This document shows, piece after piece, positions 16,610 to 24,907 of a stretch of DNA of 32,000 bases. This DNA is from an uncultured Actinomycetota bacterium (GTDB lineage Bacteria; Actinomycetota; Actinomycetes; Actinomycetales; Micrococcaceae). The notes beneath the pieces were generated by a model, which saw nothing but the letters and a program-made list of their open reading frames with translations, had not been told where the DNA came from and searched no databases. The stretch is from NCBI GenBank assembly GCA_963741285.1, contig CAVUHH010000007.1, forward strand, positions 106,483 through 138,482, read 5' to 3'. The translations under genes and the position numbers were made by a program. Position 1 is the first letter of the stretch, and each line of letters opens with the position of its first letter.

Positions 16610-17527
16610 ATGCCCGGCGGGGAACGGCCGCTGCAGACCGGCGAGCGCATCAGTACGCTCCTCGACGCGCTCGGGGCCGGCGGCGCGGTTGCCCGCGGCC
16701 GTGCCGAAGACCTGGTCCGCCAGGTCACCGACATGTACGGCTCCGGGCTGGAACGGATCCTGGAAATCCTGGATGAGCGGGGAAAGCTCGACGACGGCAC
16801 GCTGGCGGCGCTGGCCGCCGACGAGCTCGTGTCCGGGCTGCTCATCATCCACGGCCTGCACCCCGAGTCGATGGCGACGAGGGTGGCGGGCGCCCTGGAC
16901 AGCGTCCGGCCATACCTTGGGTCCCATGGCGGAGACGTTGAACTGCTGGACATCAGCCCGGAGGGCGTGGTGCGGCTGAAGCTGCTCGGCACCTGCCAGG
17001 GCTGCCCGTCGTCGTCCGTTACGTTGAAATTTGCCGTCGAAGAGGCGATCGAAACGGCTGCCCCGGAGGTCACCGCCATCGAAGTGGTGGAAGCCGAAAA
17101 GCACGCCGCCACCCCCGCGTTCATCCCCGTGGACTCCCTGCTGGTCAGGATGAACCACACAGACCAGCAGGAGGGGTCCTGGGAGCCGGTACCGGGCGTC
17201 GCCGATCTGGAACCGGGCGACGTGGCCGGGTTCCAGGTGGGCGGCTATTCGCTCCTGGCCTGCCGGACCGGGCAGGACGTCTATGCGTACCGGGATTTCT
17301 GCCCGCGCTGCGAAGGCTCCATGGCGGGCGCCGTGCTGCAGCGCGCCCTGGCTGCCCCTGCCGGCGGCGGCCTGCTGCGCTGTCCCACCTGCCGCGCACA
17401 CTTCGACGTCCGCCAGGCCGGCTCCTGCTTGGAGGACCGAAGCCTGCATCTGGATCCGCTCCCACTGCTCGTACGCGGTGGCGTGATGTCCGTTGCCGTG
17501 CCGGTTGCCGCAGGCAAGGGCGGCTGA
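16610..17527 (+). CDS. NifU-like domain fused to a Rieske-fold-like Cys4 domain (HhyE-type putative Fe-S protein)
   Basis: The central VRPYLGSHGGDVELLDI...LLGTCQGCPSSSVTLKFAVEEAI is a NifU C-terminal domain. The C-terminal YAYRDFCPRCEGS...LRCPTCRAHFDV has CxxC...CxxC where a Rieske domain has CxH...CxxH. It starts 6 nt after the hhyL stop. Confidence 0.75.
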   Translation: MPGGERPLQTGERISTLLDALGAGGAVARGRAEDLVRQVTDMYGSGLERILEILDERGKLDDGTLAALAADELVSGLLIIHGLHPESMATRVAGALDSVRPYLGSHGGDVELLDISPEGVVRLKLLGTCQGCPSSSVTLKFAVEEAIETAAPEVTAIEVVEAEKHAATPAFIPVDSLLVRMNHTDQQEGSWEPVPGVADLEPGDVAGFQVGGYSLLACRTGQDVYAYRDFCPRCEGSMAGAVLQRALAAPAGGGLLRCPTCRAHFDVRQAGSCLEDRSLHLDPLPLLVRGGVMSVAVPVAAGKGG

Positions 17528-17528
17528 G

Positions 17529-18200
17529 ATGGAATCGCCCGGCCTGCCCGTAGCGCTGCTGCGACGGATCGCCGCCGCCCCGCCGGCCGCTCCCGCCGGC
17601 GAGCGCTGCGAAATGTGCGGGGAGCCCATCGCCTCCGAACACCAGCACGTCGTGGACCTGGACAGCCATGCCATGATGTGCACCTGCCGGCCCTGCTACC
17701 TCCTCTTTACGGACAGCAATGCCCACCTGAGGTACCGGTCCGTGCCGGACCGGTACCTGTCCTTCCCCGATTTTGAGCTGGGCCCGGGCCAGTGGGACGA
17801 GCTGGAGATTCCCGTGGGACTGGCGTTCTTCTTCCGCAGTTCCAGGATGGAGCGGACGGTGGCGTTCTATCCCGGCCCTGCCGGTGCCACCGAATCCGAA
17901 CTGCCGCTGGACGCCTGGGATGCCGTGATGGCGCGGAATCCGGCCCTGTCCATAGCGGCCCCGGACACCGAGGCCCTCCTGATCCGGGGGCCCGGCCAGG
18001 AACGCCCCCAGGCCGACTGCCACCTTGTCCCCGTGGACGCCTGTTATGAACTGGTGGGACACCTGCGGCGCCTGTGGCGGGGTTTCGACGGCGGCCAGGA
18101 GGCCCGCGACCAGCTCACCTCCTTCTTCGCAAAGATCAGCAGCCGCAGCACCCCGGTCCACGAAACCACCCGGCAATCAACGTCCGGAGGCCTGCCGTGA
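17529..18200 (+). CDS. Conserved hydrogenase-cluster protein of unknown function (DUF5947-like, Cys-rich N-terminus)
   Basis: The ATG lies 1 nt after the preceding TGA. It carries the motif CEMCGEPIASEHQHVVDLDSHAMMCTCRPCYLLF. The family name is from memory and unverified. Confidence 0.65.
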   Translation: MESPGLPVALLRRIAAAPPAAPAGERCEMCGEPIASEHQHVVDLDSHAMMCTCRPCYLLFTDSNAHLRYRSVPDRYLSFPDFELGPGQWDELEIPVGLAFFFRSSRMERTVAFYPGPAGATESELPLDAWDAVMARNPALSIAAPDTEALLIRGPGQERPQADCHLVPVDACYELVGHLRRLWRGFDGGQEARDQLTSFFAKISSRSTPVHETTRQSTSGGLP

Positions 18201-18879
18201 TCGCCCTGGCCTTCGACGTCCTGGACATCCAACCGGAACCGTATGCGGCAGCGCCCCAGCTCACCGCGACGCTGCGGGTGACCGAGTCCACCGGGGCCGC
18301 AGTACACGCCATCGCCCTGCGCTGCCAGGTCCGGATCCTGCCCCAGCGCCGCGGCTACACACCCGAGGAAGAGTCCGGTTTGCTGGACCTCTTCGGCGAG
18401 CGCGGCCGCTGGCCCACCACCCTGAAGTCCTTCCTCTGGCTGCAATGCAGCACCATGGTCCAGGGCTTCACCGGCCAAACCGAGGTTCGGCTCCCGCTGC
18501 CCTGCACTTTTGACTTCGACGTTTCCGCCGCCAAGTACCTGCAGTCCCTGCGTGACGGTTTGGTCCCGCTGGAACTGCTGTTCTCCGGCACGGTTTTCAC
18601 CAGGGGTGAGGCAGGCTTCGGCGTGGAGCAGGTGCCTTGGGACCTCGAAGCCTCCTACCGGCTGCCGGTCGACGCATGGCGCCGGCTGATGGACCAGTAC
18701 TTCCCCCACACCGGCTGGCTGCGCCTGGACCGGGACGTGCTCGCAGCCCTGCTGCATTACAAGGCGGCCCGGGGCCTGACCTCCTGGGATGCCACCGTGG
18801 AGAGCCTGCTGGCCACGCCGCGGCGGTGGCCCCTGCGGCCCTGTCAGGAAGTTCGCTGTCAGGAGACCCGCTGCCATGA
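18197..18879 (+). CDS. Conserved hydrogenase-cluster protein of unknown function (DUF6084-like); 3' end probably frame-shifted
   Basis: The GTG at 18197 overlaps the upstream TGA (GTGA). As read, the frame runs on to 19132, 257 nt into the next gene. A 1-nt shift near 18811-18825 would end it at TGA 18877-18879, forming an ATGA overlap with the next start. Confidence 0.55.
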
Positions 18880-20282
18880 GCATGAGCCTGAGCCTCGCCC
18901 GCGCCGTGGCGGATGCCGTCCTGTACGAGGGCTACCTGCTCTACCCGTACCGCGCGTCCTCGCAGAAGAACCAGGCCCGGTGGCAGTTTGGCATCCTTGG
19001 CCCGCCAGGCGCCGCCGCTTCCGGCTCCGGCGAGGAAGCGGACATGTTCGCCGACTGCCTGCTCACCCCCGGCCCGAAGGCTGCCGTCGAAATTCATCTG
19101 CGTTTCCTGCAGCTCCAGGGGCGGTCGGCTGAGAAAGCGGACGACGACGGAGGGTTCACGGCGGTGGATGAGCTCACGGTCGGTGCCGCCCGCTGGCTGA
19201 GCTGGGACGAGGCGGTGGAGCGGGAAGTCACGCTGGGGCCGATCGCTGTGGCCGGGCTCAGCGGGCAGCCGACGGTTCTGCCGGTGGAGGTTCCCGGCGG
19301 CGAGGACACCGAGGAACTGCGCGACGCATCGGGGCGGCTGGCTGGGAGGCTGGTCCGCCGTCGTCGGCCGCTTCATGCTGAGGTGGGGCTGGCAGCGGCG
19401 TCAGCCGCAGGTGCCTTGGTGAGACTGCGGGTCGGCGTAGAAAATGTCGGGGTTGTTGAGACGGCCGCGAACGCAGGGGCGGGCGGTGCGGCTGGCTGGA
19501 GCAGGCAGGATGCGATCGCCGAATCCTTTATCGGCACGCACCTGCTCCTGAGCGTTCAGGACGCAGATTTCCTCTCCCTGTTGGAGCCACCACCCAACGC
19601 GGCCGCCGCGGCGGCCGCCTGCGGGCAGCACCGGTGCTGGCCCGTTTTGGCCGGTCCGGAGGGGCAGTCGGATGTGCTGCTGGTTTCCCCGATCATTTTG
19701 TACGACCACCCCGCCGTTGCCCCCGAAAGCTCGGTGGCACTGTACGACTCCACCGAAATCGACGAGATCCTGACGCTGCGCGTGCTGACCCTTACCGACG
19801 AGGAAAAGGCCGAAGCCCGCGCCACCGATCCACGGGCGGCTGCCATTATCGACCGGTGCGAGGCCATGTCCCCCGAAGAGCTGCAGCAACTGCATGGCAT
19901 CCTGCGCAATCCCCATGCCATGGACATTCCAGAACTCCATGAAGGACGCGGCGACCCGCAAGATGCGTGGTGGACGCCCGAAGCCGAAGCCCTGGTCCAG
20001 CCCCACCTGGATGCCGTGCTGATCAACGGGGTTCCGGTGGCCCGGGGCAGCCGCGTCAGGGTCAATCCGAGCCGGCGCGCCGATGCCCAGGACCTGTTCT
20101 TCGCCGGGCAGACGGGCCGCGTTACCAACGTCCACTTCGACGTTGACGGCAGCACCCATGTTGGCCTCGTCCTCGAGCAGGACCCGGCCGCAGACCTCCA
20201 CGAGGGCTACGGCAGGTCCTTCTATTACTCACCCGAAGAGCTCGAACCCCTGGGTCCGGATGGAAAGGAAGGCCCGCCATGA
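18876..20282 (+). CDS. Conserved hydrogenase-cluster protein of unknown function (468 aa)
   Basis: Starting from ATG 18876 (MSMSLSLARAVADAVLYEGYLLYPYRASSQKNQARWQFGILGP). The composition is balanced and the ORF is intact. No domain is recognised. Confidence 0.65.
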   Translation: MSMSLSLARAVADAVLYEGYLLYPYRASSQKNQARWQFGILGPPGAAASGSGEEADMFADCLLTPGPKAAVEIHLRFLQLQGRSAEKADDDGGFTAVDELTVGAARWLSWDEAVEREVTLGPIAVAGLSGQPTVLPVEVPGGEDTEELRDASGRLAGRLVRRRRPLHAEVGLAAASAAGALVRLRVGVENVGVVETAANAGAGGAAGWSRQDAIAESFIGTHLLLSVQDADFLSLLEPPPNAAAAAAACGQHRCWPVLAGPEGQSDVLLVSPIILYDHPAVAPESSVALYDSTEIDEILTLRVLTLTDEEKAEARATDPRAAAIIDRCEAMSPEELQQLHGILRNPHAMDIPELHEGRGDPQDAWWTPEAEALVQPHLDAVLINGVPVARGSRVRVNPSRRADAQDLFFAGQTGRVTNVHFDVDGSTHVGLVLEQDPAADLHEGYGRSFYYSPEELEPLGPDGKEGPP

Positions 20283-20398
20283 GAATCATAGGAATGGCCA
20301 CCGTAGCGTTGCTGGCAGGGTTGGCACTCGGCGCCATCTACGTTGGGATCCGGTCAGTTCCGGACATCCAGCGTTATCTGAAGGCACGGCGGATGTGA
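20279..20398 (+). CDS. 39-aa single-pass membrane micro-protein (not in the ORF track)
   Basis: ATG 20279 overlaps the TGA of the preceding gene (ATGA). It translates by hand to MRIIGMATVALLAGLALGAIYVGIRSVPDIQRYLKARRM, one hydrophobic helix plus a basic tail. It ends 7 nt before the protease gene. Confidence 0.5.
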   Translation: MRIIGMATVALLAGLALGAIYVGIRSVPDIQRYLKARRM

Positions 20399-20405
20399 CC
20401 CCGGG

Positions 20406-20906
20406 ATGACTGTTCTGGTTGCAGGCGTAGGCAACATGTTCCTGCGCGATGACGGTTTTGGGCCGGAGGTGGCCCGCCGGCTGGCTTCGGACGGACGGCT
20501 TCCGGCCGGCGTGGACGTAGTGGATTACGGCATCCGCGGGATGCACCTCGCGTACGACCTCCTTGCCGGTGTGGACGTGCTGGTGCTGGTGGACGCCGTG
20601 CCGCCGGGCCCCGGGACAGAACGCGATGAGTCCCGGCCGTCAGCTCCAGGCACCCTCCGGGTGCTCCGGATACACAACGAGGATCTCGACGGCGGCGCCT
20701 CCCTGGACCCCCACGGCATGGACCCTGCCGCCGTCCTGGGCAGGCTCCGGACACTGGGCGGCGAGGTTCCCGTGACGTACGTGGTGGGCTGCGTTCCGGC
20801 TGACCTCACCGAGGGCGTGGGCCTGACTCCCCCGGTGGCCGCAGCTTTGCCCGGGGCGGTTGCCGCCGTCGTCGATCTCCTCAGCCAGCACACCTCCAGA
20901 ACCTAA
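20406..20906 (+). CDS. hupD: Hydrogenase maturation endopeptidase (HupD/HyaD/HybD family)
   Basis: MTVLVAGVGNMFLRDDGFGPEVARRL ... VVDYGIRGMHLAYDL ... LDPHGMDP are the conserved metal-ligand Asp/Asp/His contexts of this protease family. Confidence 0.85.
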   Translation: MTVLVAGVGNMFLRDDGFGPEVARRLASDGRLPAGVDVVDYGIRGMHLAYDLLAGVDVLVLVDAVPPGPGTERDESRPSAPGTLRVLRIHNEDLDGGASLDPHGMDPAAVLGRLRTLGGEVPVTYVVGCVPADLTEGVGLTPPVAAALPGAVAAVVDLLSQHTSRT

Positions 20907-20916
20907 GGCGGACCAC

Positions 20917-21183
20917 ATGTGCCTCGGAATCCCCGGCCGGGTCATCGGCCCCATTGATGGCTACGGCGATCAGCTCGCCCTGGTGGACGTGGCCGGCGTA
21001 CAGCGGAAGATCAACATCGGGCTCCTGGACGAGGGACCGCTGCCGCCGGGCAGCTGGGTCCTGATCCATATGGGCTTCGCCCTCGAGCGCGTGGATCCGG
21101 CGGGTGCGGAACGGGCGATGAGCGGCCTGGAACTGATGGGCCAGCCGCGGCAATCCGACGACCCCCACGCCGGCGCCGGCTGA
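20917..21183 (+). CDS. hypC: Hydrogenase assembly chaperone HypC/HupF family
   Basis: Starts MCLGIPGRVI with the essential N-terminal Cys2. 88 aa. Confidence 0.9.
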   Translation: MCLGIPGRVIGPIDGYGDQLALVDVAGVQRKINIGLLDEGPLPPGSWVLIHMGFALERVDPAGAERAMSGLELMGQPRQSDDPHAGAG

Positions 21184-21221
21184 CCACCACCATCAAGCAT
21201 TACCGGAGCAAGGAGAACGCC

Positions 21222-21605
21222 ATGACACCGATGAATCCGTCCGAGCCGACCGGCTCTGAACCACGCGACACTGGGCCCCGCGATCCCGAACCAAACGGCG
21301 GGGAGCAGGGAACCTCGCCGGGCACCGCCCGCGCGTGGGGCAGCGAACCGCCGCTGAAAGAGCCCGCGCAGCCGGGTGCTGATGAGACACCCGAGGACGC
21401 GGCCATGGCTCCGGACGGCGTCGGCGAGAGCACCACCAGGCGTGGCGAGGACGTCGTCAAGGAGGAAGGCAAAGAGGCCGGCCGCGAAGACACCGGCACC
21501 GACGCAGGCCCGGTGGAGCGTCCCACCGGTGAATCCTCTCCCCGCGATGCGACTGGCGTCGAGACTCCGGAGGACCCCGATTCCGCGGCTCCACAGTCAC
21601 CGTAG
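21222..21605 (+). CDS. Acidic, Pro/Gly/Glu/Thr-rich, probably intrinsically disordered protein (127 aa)
   Basis: A strong RBS (AAGGAG) lies 7 nt before ATG 21222. The sequence is low-complexity (PEDPDSAAPQSP-type). No fold or family is recognised. Confidence 0.45.
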   Translation: MTPMNPSEPTGSEPRDTGPRDPEPNGGEQGTSPGTARAWGSEPPLKEPAQPGADETPEDAAMAPDGVGESTTRRGEDVVKEEGKEAGREDTGTDAGPVERPTGESSPRDATGVETPEDPDSAAPQSP

Positions 21606-21683
21606 GCCCAGGTTCCACGGTGGTGAGGGACCCAGCGCTTCAGGGCTTGGCGGACCAGCCCTTGTTGTTCGAGGACTTATCGC

Positions 21684-22451
21684 TCAAGGGCGATGGCTGC
21701 GCCGCGATGTTCCACGCCGCATGTTGGCGATCCTGAGGTGCCTGCCGGTAAAGAGTTTCAACTGCTGCAACTGGTGGGGTGTCAGCCGGTCACAGACCCA
21801 GTCCCAGTGCAGCGACACCACGTCACCCGCTGCGAGCCCGGCAATGAAGCCGGTTCCGTTGACTGCATACTTGGCGGTTTCCACCACGGGTTCGCCCACG
21901 GCCAGGGAAGTCCCGTCCCATGTCAGGGGACGGGACTTGACCACGGCTTCATCGCCCGTAATGGCCAGGACTTCGCCCCACCGGATCCGGCAGCGGTCCA
22001 GGACGTTCAGCGCCGTGGCGTAGCGGCGGTCATCACGCAGCAGCCCCAGCCAGGGATAGATTTCGAAGACGTGGAAGCTGTGGTGCGGGACGCCGCCCGC
22101 CAGGACGCCTTCCACGAGGTGCGGAAACTGCCGGCCGGTGCGGGCACGGAACCGGTCTTCCATCGAGTTGCCCATCATGCTGATGCCTACGGTGTCCAGG
22201 AGGCTGTTTCCCACCCAGTAGGCCTCCACCACGCGGGCGTCCAGCGGGTCGTGGATGCCGTGGGAACCGGCAATGAGTTCCAGGTAGGGCCAGGCTCCGG
22301 CAAAGCCCTTCGCGAGTTCGCGCAGGCCCTGGTCGGTGACGCCGGACTGGCCGTAGTGCAGCAGCGCGTCACTGTCGGGAGGGCCGCAGCTGCCTCGGGA
22401 ATTGGGCGGGTACGCGTACCGGACAAACAACTGGGCACCATCGACAACCAT
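21684..22451 (-). CDS. Conserved hypothetical protein (DUF6390-like)
   Basis: 255-aa intact ORF with balanced composition. The N-terminal FVRYAYPPNSRGSCGP resembles what I recall of DUF6390 (unverified). It is convergent with the hydrogenase operon. Confidence 0.55.
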   Translation of the reverse strand: MVVDGAQLFVRYAYPPNSRGSCGPPDSDALLHYGQSGVTDQGLRELAKGFAGAWPYLELIAGSHGIHDPLDARVVEAYWVGNSLLDTVGISMMGNSMEDRFRARTGRQFPHLVEGVLAGGVPHHSFHVFEIYPWLGLLRDDRRYATALNVLDRCRIRWGEVLAITGDEAVVKSRPLTWDGTSLAVGEPVVETAKYAVNGTGFIAGLAAGDVVSLHWDWVCDRLTPHQLQQLKLFTGRHLRIANMRRGTSRRSHRP

Positions 22452-22603
22452 GGCGTGGCCACCTTCTCCGAGGGTCTTTCGAACGTAGCACCGCTGCCTG
22501 CCCCGGACAAGGGCCGGTTGGCCGCCGCCGCACCACTAAATCCGTTGACAGCGTCCGCGCAGGTGCGGGCGCACAAGCAGACCGAAAGCAGGGCTCACAC
22601 ACC

Positions 22604-23758
22604 ATGGCATCCACTGATCTGAACCGCCGCGCCGCCCTACAACTTCTGGTGGCGGGAGGCTCCGCAGCCCTGCTGGCAGGATGCGCCGGCACCCCTGGTT
22701 CGCCGCCGTCGTCGGGCCTTGCCACGAACGGCGCGAACGGCGGCAGCGGCGCGATCAGCGTCACCGATCAGCGTGGCAAAACCCTGACCTTTGCCCGGCC
22801 GGTGACGCGGGTGGTGACCATCCCCATGCCGGCGGCGTCGTTGCTGGTGGCCGTGGACCGGACCGCGGACCACCTCGCGGCCATGCACAACGCCTCCTGG
22901 GTGGCCATGCGCGACGGGATTATGGGCACCATCTTCCCCAAGGCCCTGGAGCTGCCGCACGAGATCGCCACCCAGGACTTCACGGCCAATGTGGAGAGCG
23001 TCCGTGCCCTGGACCCGGACGTGGTGATCCAGTGGTCCGACGCGCAGCTCATCGACCCGCTGGAAAAGGCCGGCCTGAACGTCATCGGGCTGACCAACAG
23101 GGGCAAGCAGGAGGATGTGGACGCGTGGGTGGCCATGTTCGCCGCCATGCTGGGAAAGCCCGAACGTGCCGTGGATATCAGGACCCGGAGCGATATGGAA
23201 CTGGCCGTGGTCAAGGATCTGGCAGCCGGCAGGGCCTCAACCGGGCCCAGCATCCTGTACTTCAACCGCTTCACCGGTGGCCTGAAGGTGGCCGCGGCCA
23301 ACAGCTACAACGACTTCTACATCAAGCTGGTGGGTGGCACGAATCCCGCCACCGGGGACGATCCGCTGAAGGGGTCGGGGATGGTGGGCCTGGACGTGGA
23401 GCAGGTGCTCCGCTGGGATCCGGAGATCATCCTGCTGGGGAATTTCGACAACGCCATGCCGCAGGACCTCTACTCAGACCCTGTCTGGCAGACCGTGTCC
23501 GCGGTCAGGAACCGGCGTGTCTACAAGGTGCCGCTGGGTGGGTACCGGTGGGATCCTCCCGGGCAGGAATCACCGCTGATGTGGCACTGGCTGAGCGATA
23601 TCGCGTTCCCCCAGCAGCAGTCCCTCCTCAGGAACAAGGTGGTGGAGTACTTCGATTTCCTGTACAGCCACAAACCCTCCGCGGCCGAACTGGACAAAAT
23701 CCTGTGGACCACCGCCAACGCCGACTCTGACCACTACCGGCAGTTCAATGCTGCATGA
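22604..23758 (+). CDS. ABC transporter substrate-binding lipoprotein, FecB/FhuD/BtuF (cluster A-2) type
   Basis: Has a Tat-like RRAALQLL and the lipobox LLAGC. The body resembles iron-siderophore/cobalamin-type binding proteins (VVTIPMPAASLLVAVD..., WDPEIILLGN, RRVYKVP). Confidence 0.8.
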   Translation: MASTDLNRRAALQLLVAGGSAALLAGCAGTPGSPPSSGLATNGANGGSGAISVTDQRGKTLTFARPVTRVVTIPMPAASLLVAVDRTADHLAAMHNASWVAMRDGIMGTIFPKALELPHEIATQDFTANVESVRALDPDVVIQWSDAQLIDPLEKAGLNVIGLTNRGKQEDVDAWVAMFAAMLGKPERAVDIRTRSDMELAVVKDLAAGRASTGPSILYFNRFTGGLKVAAANSYNDFYIKLVGGTNPATGDDPLKGSGMVGLDVEQVLRWDPEIILLGNFDNAMPQDLYSDPVWQTVSAVRNRRVYKVPLGGYRWDPPGQESPLMWHWLSDIAFPQQQSLLRNKVVEYFDFLYSHKPSAAELDKILWTTANADSDHYRQFNAA

Positions 23759-23819
23759 CGCCAGCGACGAACGGCTTGACGCCGGCCGCGGTCCGGGCAT
23801 CCCGGTGGCCCGGACCCGG

Positions 23820-24907
23820 ATGCAGGCGCGGCCGGGAACGTTGACGACGGCGTCCGGCCGCGTGGGGAGCCCGTCGGCGGCGGGCGGCGGGGACCGTCAG
23901 CCCTCAAGCCGATCGCCATCAGCGCAGTCTTCCTGGTCACCGTGACCCTGGTGGCCCTGGCCGTGGGCCGGTACAACGTTCCGCTCTGGCACGTGGTGCA
24001 GATCCTCGTGGGGCAGGTCGTCCCGGTCCCTGTCGAGGCAACCGCCACGGAGGAAAATGTGGTGCTGCTGGTCAGGCTGCCCCGTGTGCTGCTGGCACTG
24101 CTGGTGGGCGGCGGCCTGGCCATCGGCGGCGCGGCGCTGCAGGCCATCTTCCACAATCCGCTGGTCAGTCCGGACATCATCGGCGTGTCTGCGGGTGCGT
24201 CCTTCGGCGGGGCGCTGGCGCTCCTTCTGGGCCTGGGGACGTTCGCGCTCATCACGAGTTCCTTCGCGTTCGGCCTGGTTGCCCTGGCCACGCTGTTCCT
24301 GATCACATCCGGGCGCGGCGGGACTCCCCTGCTGATGATTGTGCTGGGCGGCGTGGTCACGGGCTCGTTCTTCTCCGCGCTGGTTGCCCTGGTCACCTAC
24401 ATCGCGGATCCGAACACCACGTTGCCGGCCATCGTGTTCTGGCTCCTGGGCAGCGTGGCCACTGCCACGTTCGGCAAGGTGGTGGTGGCACTGATTCCCG
24501 TTGTGGGCGGCGCACTGGTGCTCCTGGCGCTGCGCTGGCGCATCAACGTGCTCTCCCTGGGCGACGACGACGCTGCCGCCCTCGGGGTCCGGCCCCGGCC
24601 GCTGCGCTGGGTGGTGCTGGTTTCGGTGGCCCTGATCGTGGCCGGGGCCGTCGCGGTCAGCGGCGCGGTCAGCTGGGTGGGGCTGGTGATCCCCCACCTG
24701 GCGAGGATGTGGGTGGGTCCGGACCACCGCGTGCTGCTGCCGGTCTCCTTCCTCCTGGGGGGCGCCTACATCATGCTGGTGGACACTGTGGCACGGACAG
24801 CGACGGCGGGCGAGATCCCGCTCGGCGTGCTGACGGCGCTCATCGGGGCGCCTGTCTTTTTTGTCCTGCTGCGCCGGAACCGGGACAGGATCTGGGAAAG
24901 TGCTTGA
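23820..24907 (+). CDS. FecCD-family ABC permease; 5' end unresolved (probable frameshift near 23865-23895)
   Basis: The intact ORF 23942-24907 has FecCD hallmarks (LLVGGGLAIGGAALQAIFHNPLVSPDIIGVS, IPLGVLTALIGAPVFFVLL). However, TM1 (LKPIAISAVFLVTVTLVALAVG) extends upstream of the GTG at 23942, and there is no in-frame start back to the stop at 23777. ATG 23820 (MQARPGTL...) in another frame could join it through a G-run indel. Confidence 0.8.

Noticed and set aside
15926-17683. 585-aa minus-strand ORF antisense to hhyL and the NifU-like gene
   Set aside because: Same reasoning. It spans a gene boundary on the other strand and has no recognisable domain, so it is a high-GC antisense artefact.
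17145-18176. 343-aa minus-strand ORF across the NifU-like/DUF5947-like genes
   Set aside because: It is an antisense high-GC shadow (R/P/G-rich). The plus-strand genes show tight start/stop spacing (overlaps or gaps of only a few nt) and Cys motifs.
22452-22603. Possible cobalamin riboswitch upstream of the BtuF/FecB-type binding protein
   Set aside because: I could not find a B12-box-like element or the conserved GCCACTG/AGGGAA-type cores in either orientation. There is no support from sequence.
23734-24727. Two long minus-strand ORFs (220 and 276 aa) under the ABC permease
   Set aside because: They are antisense shadows of a clearly recognisable FecCD permease.
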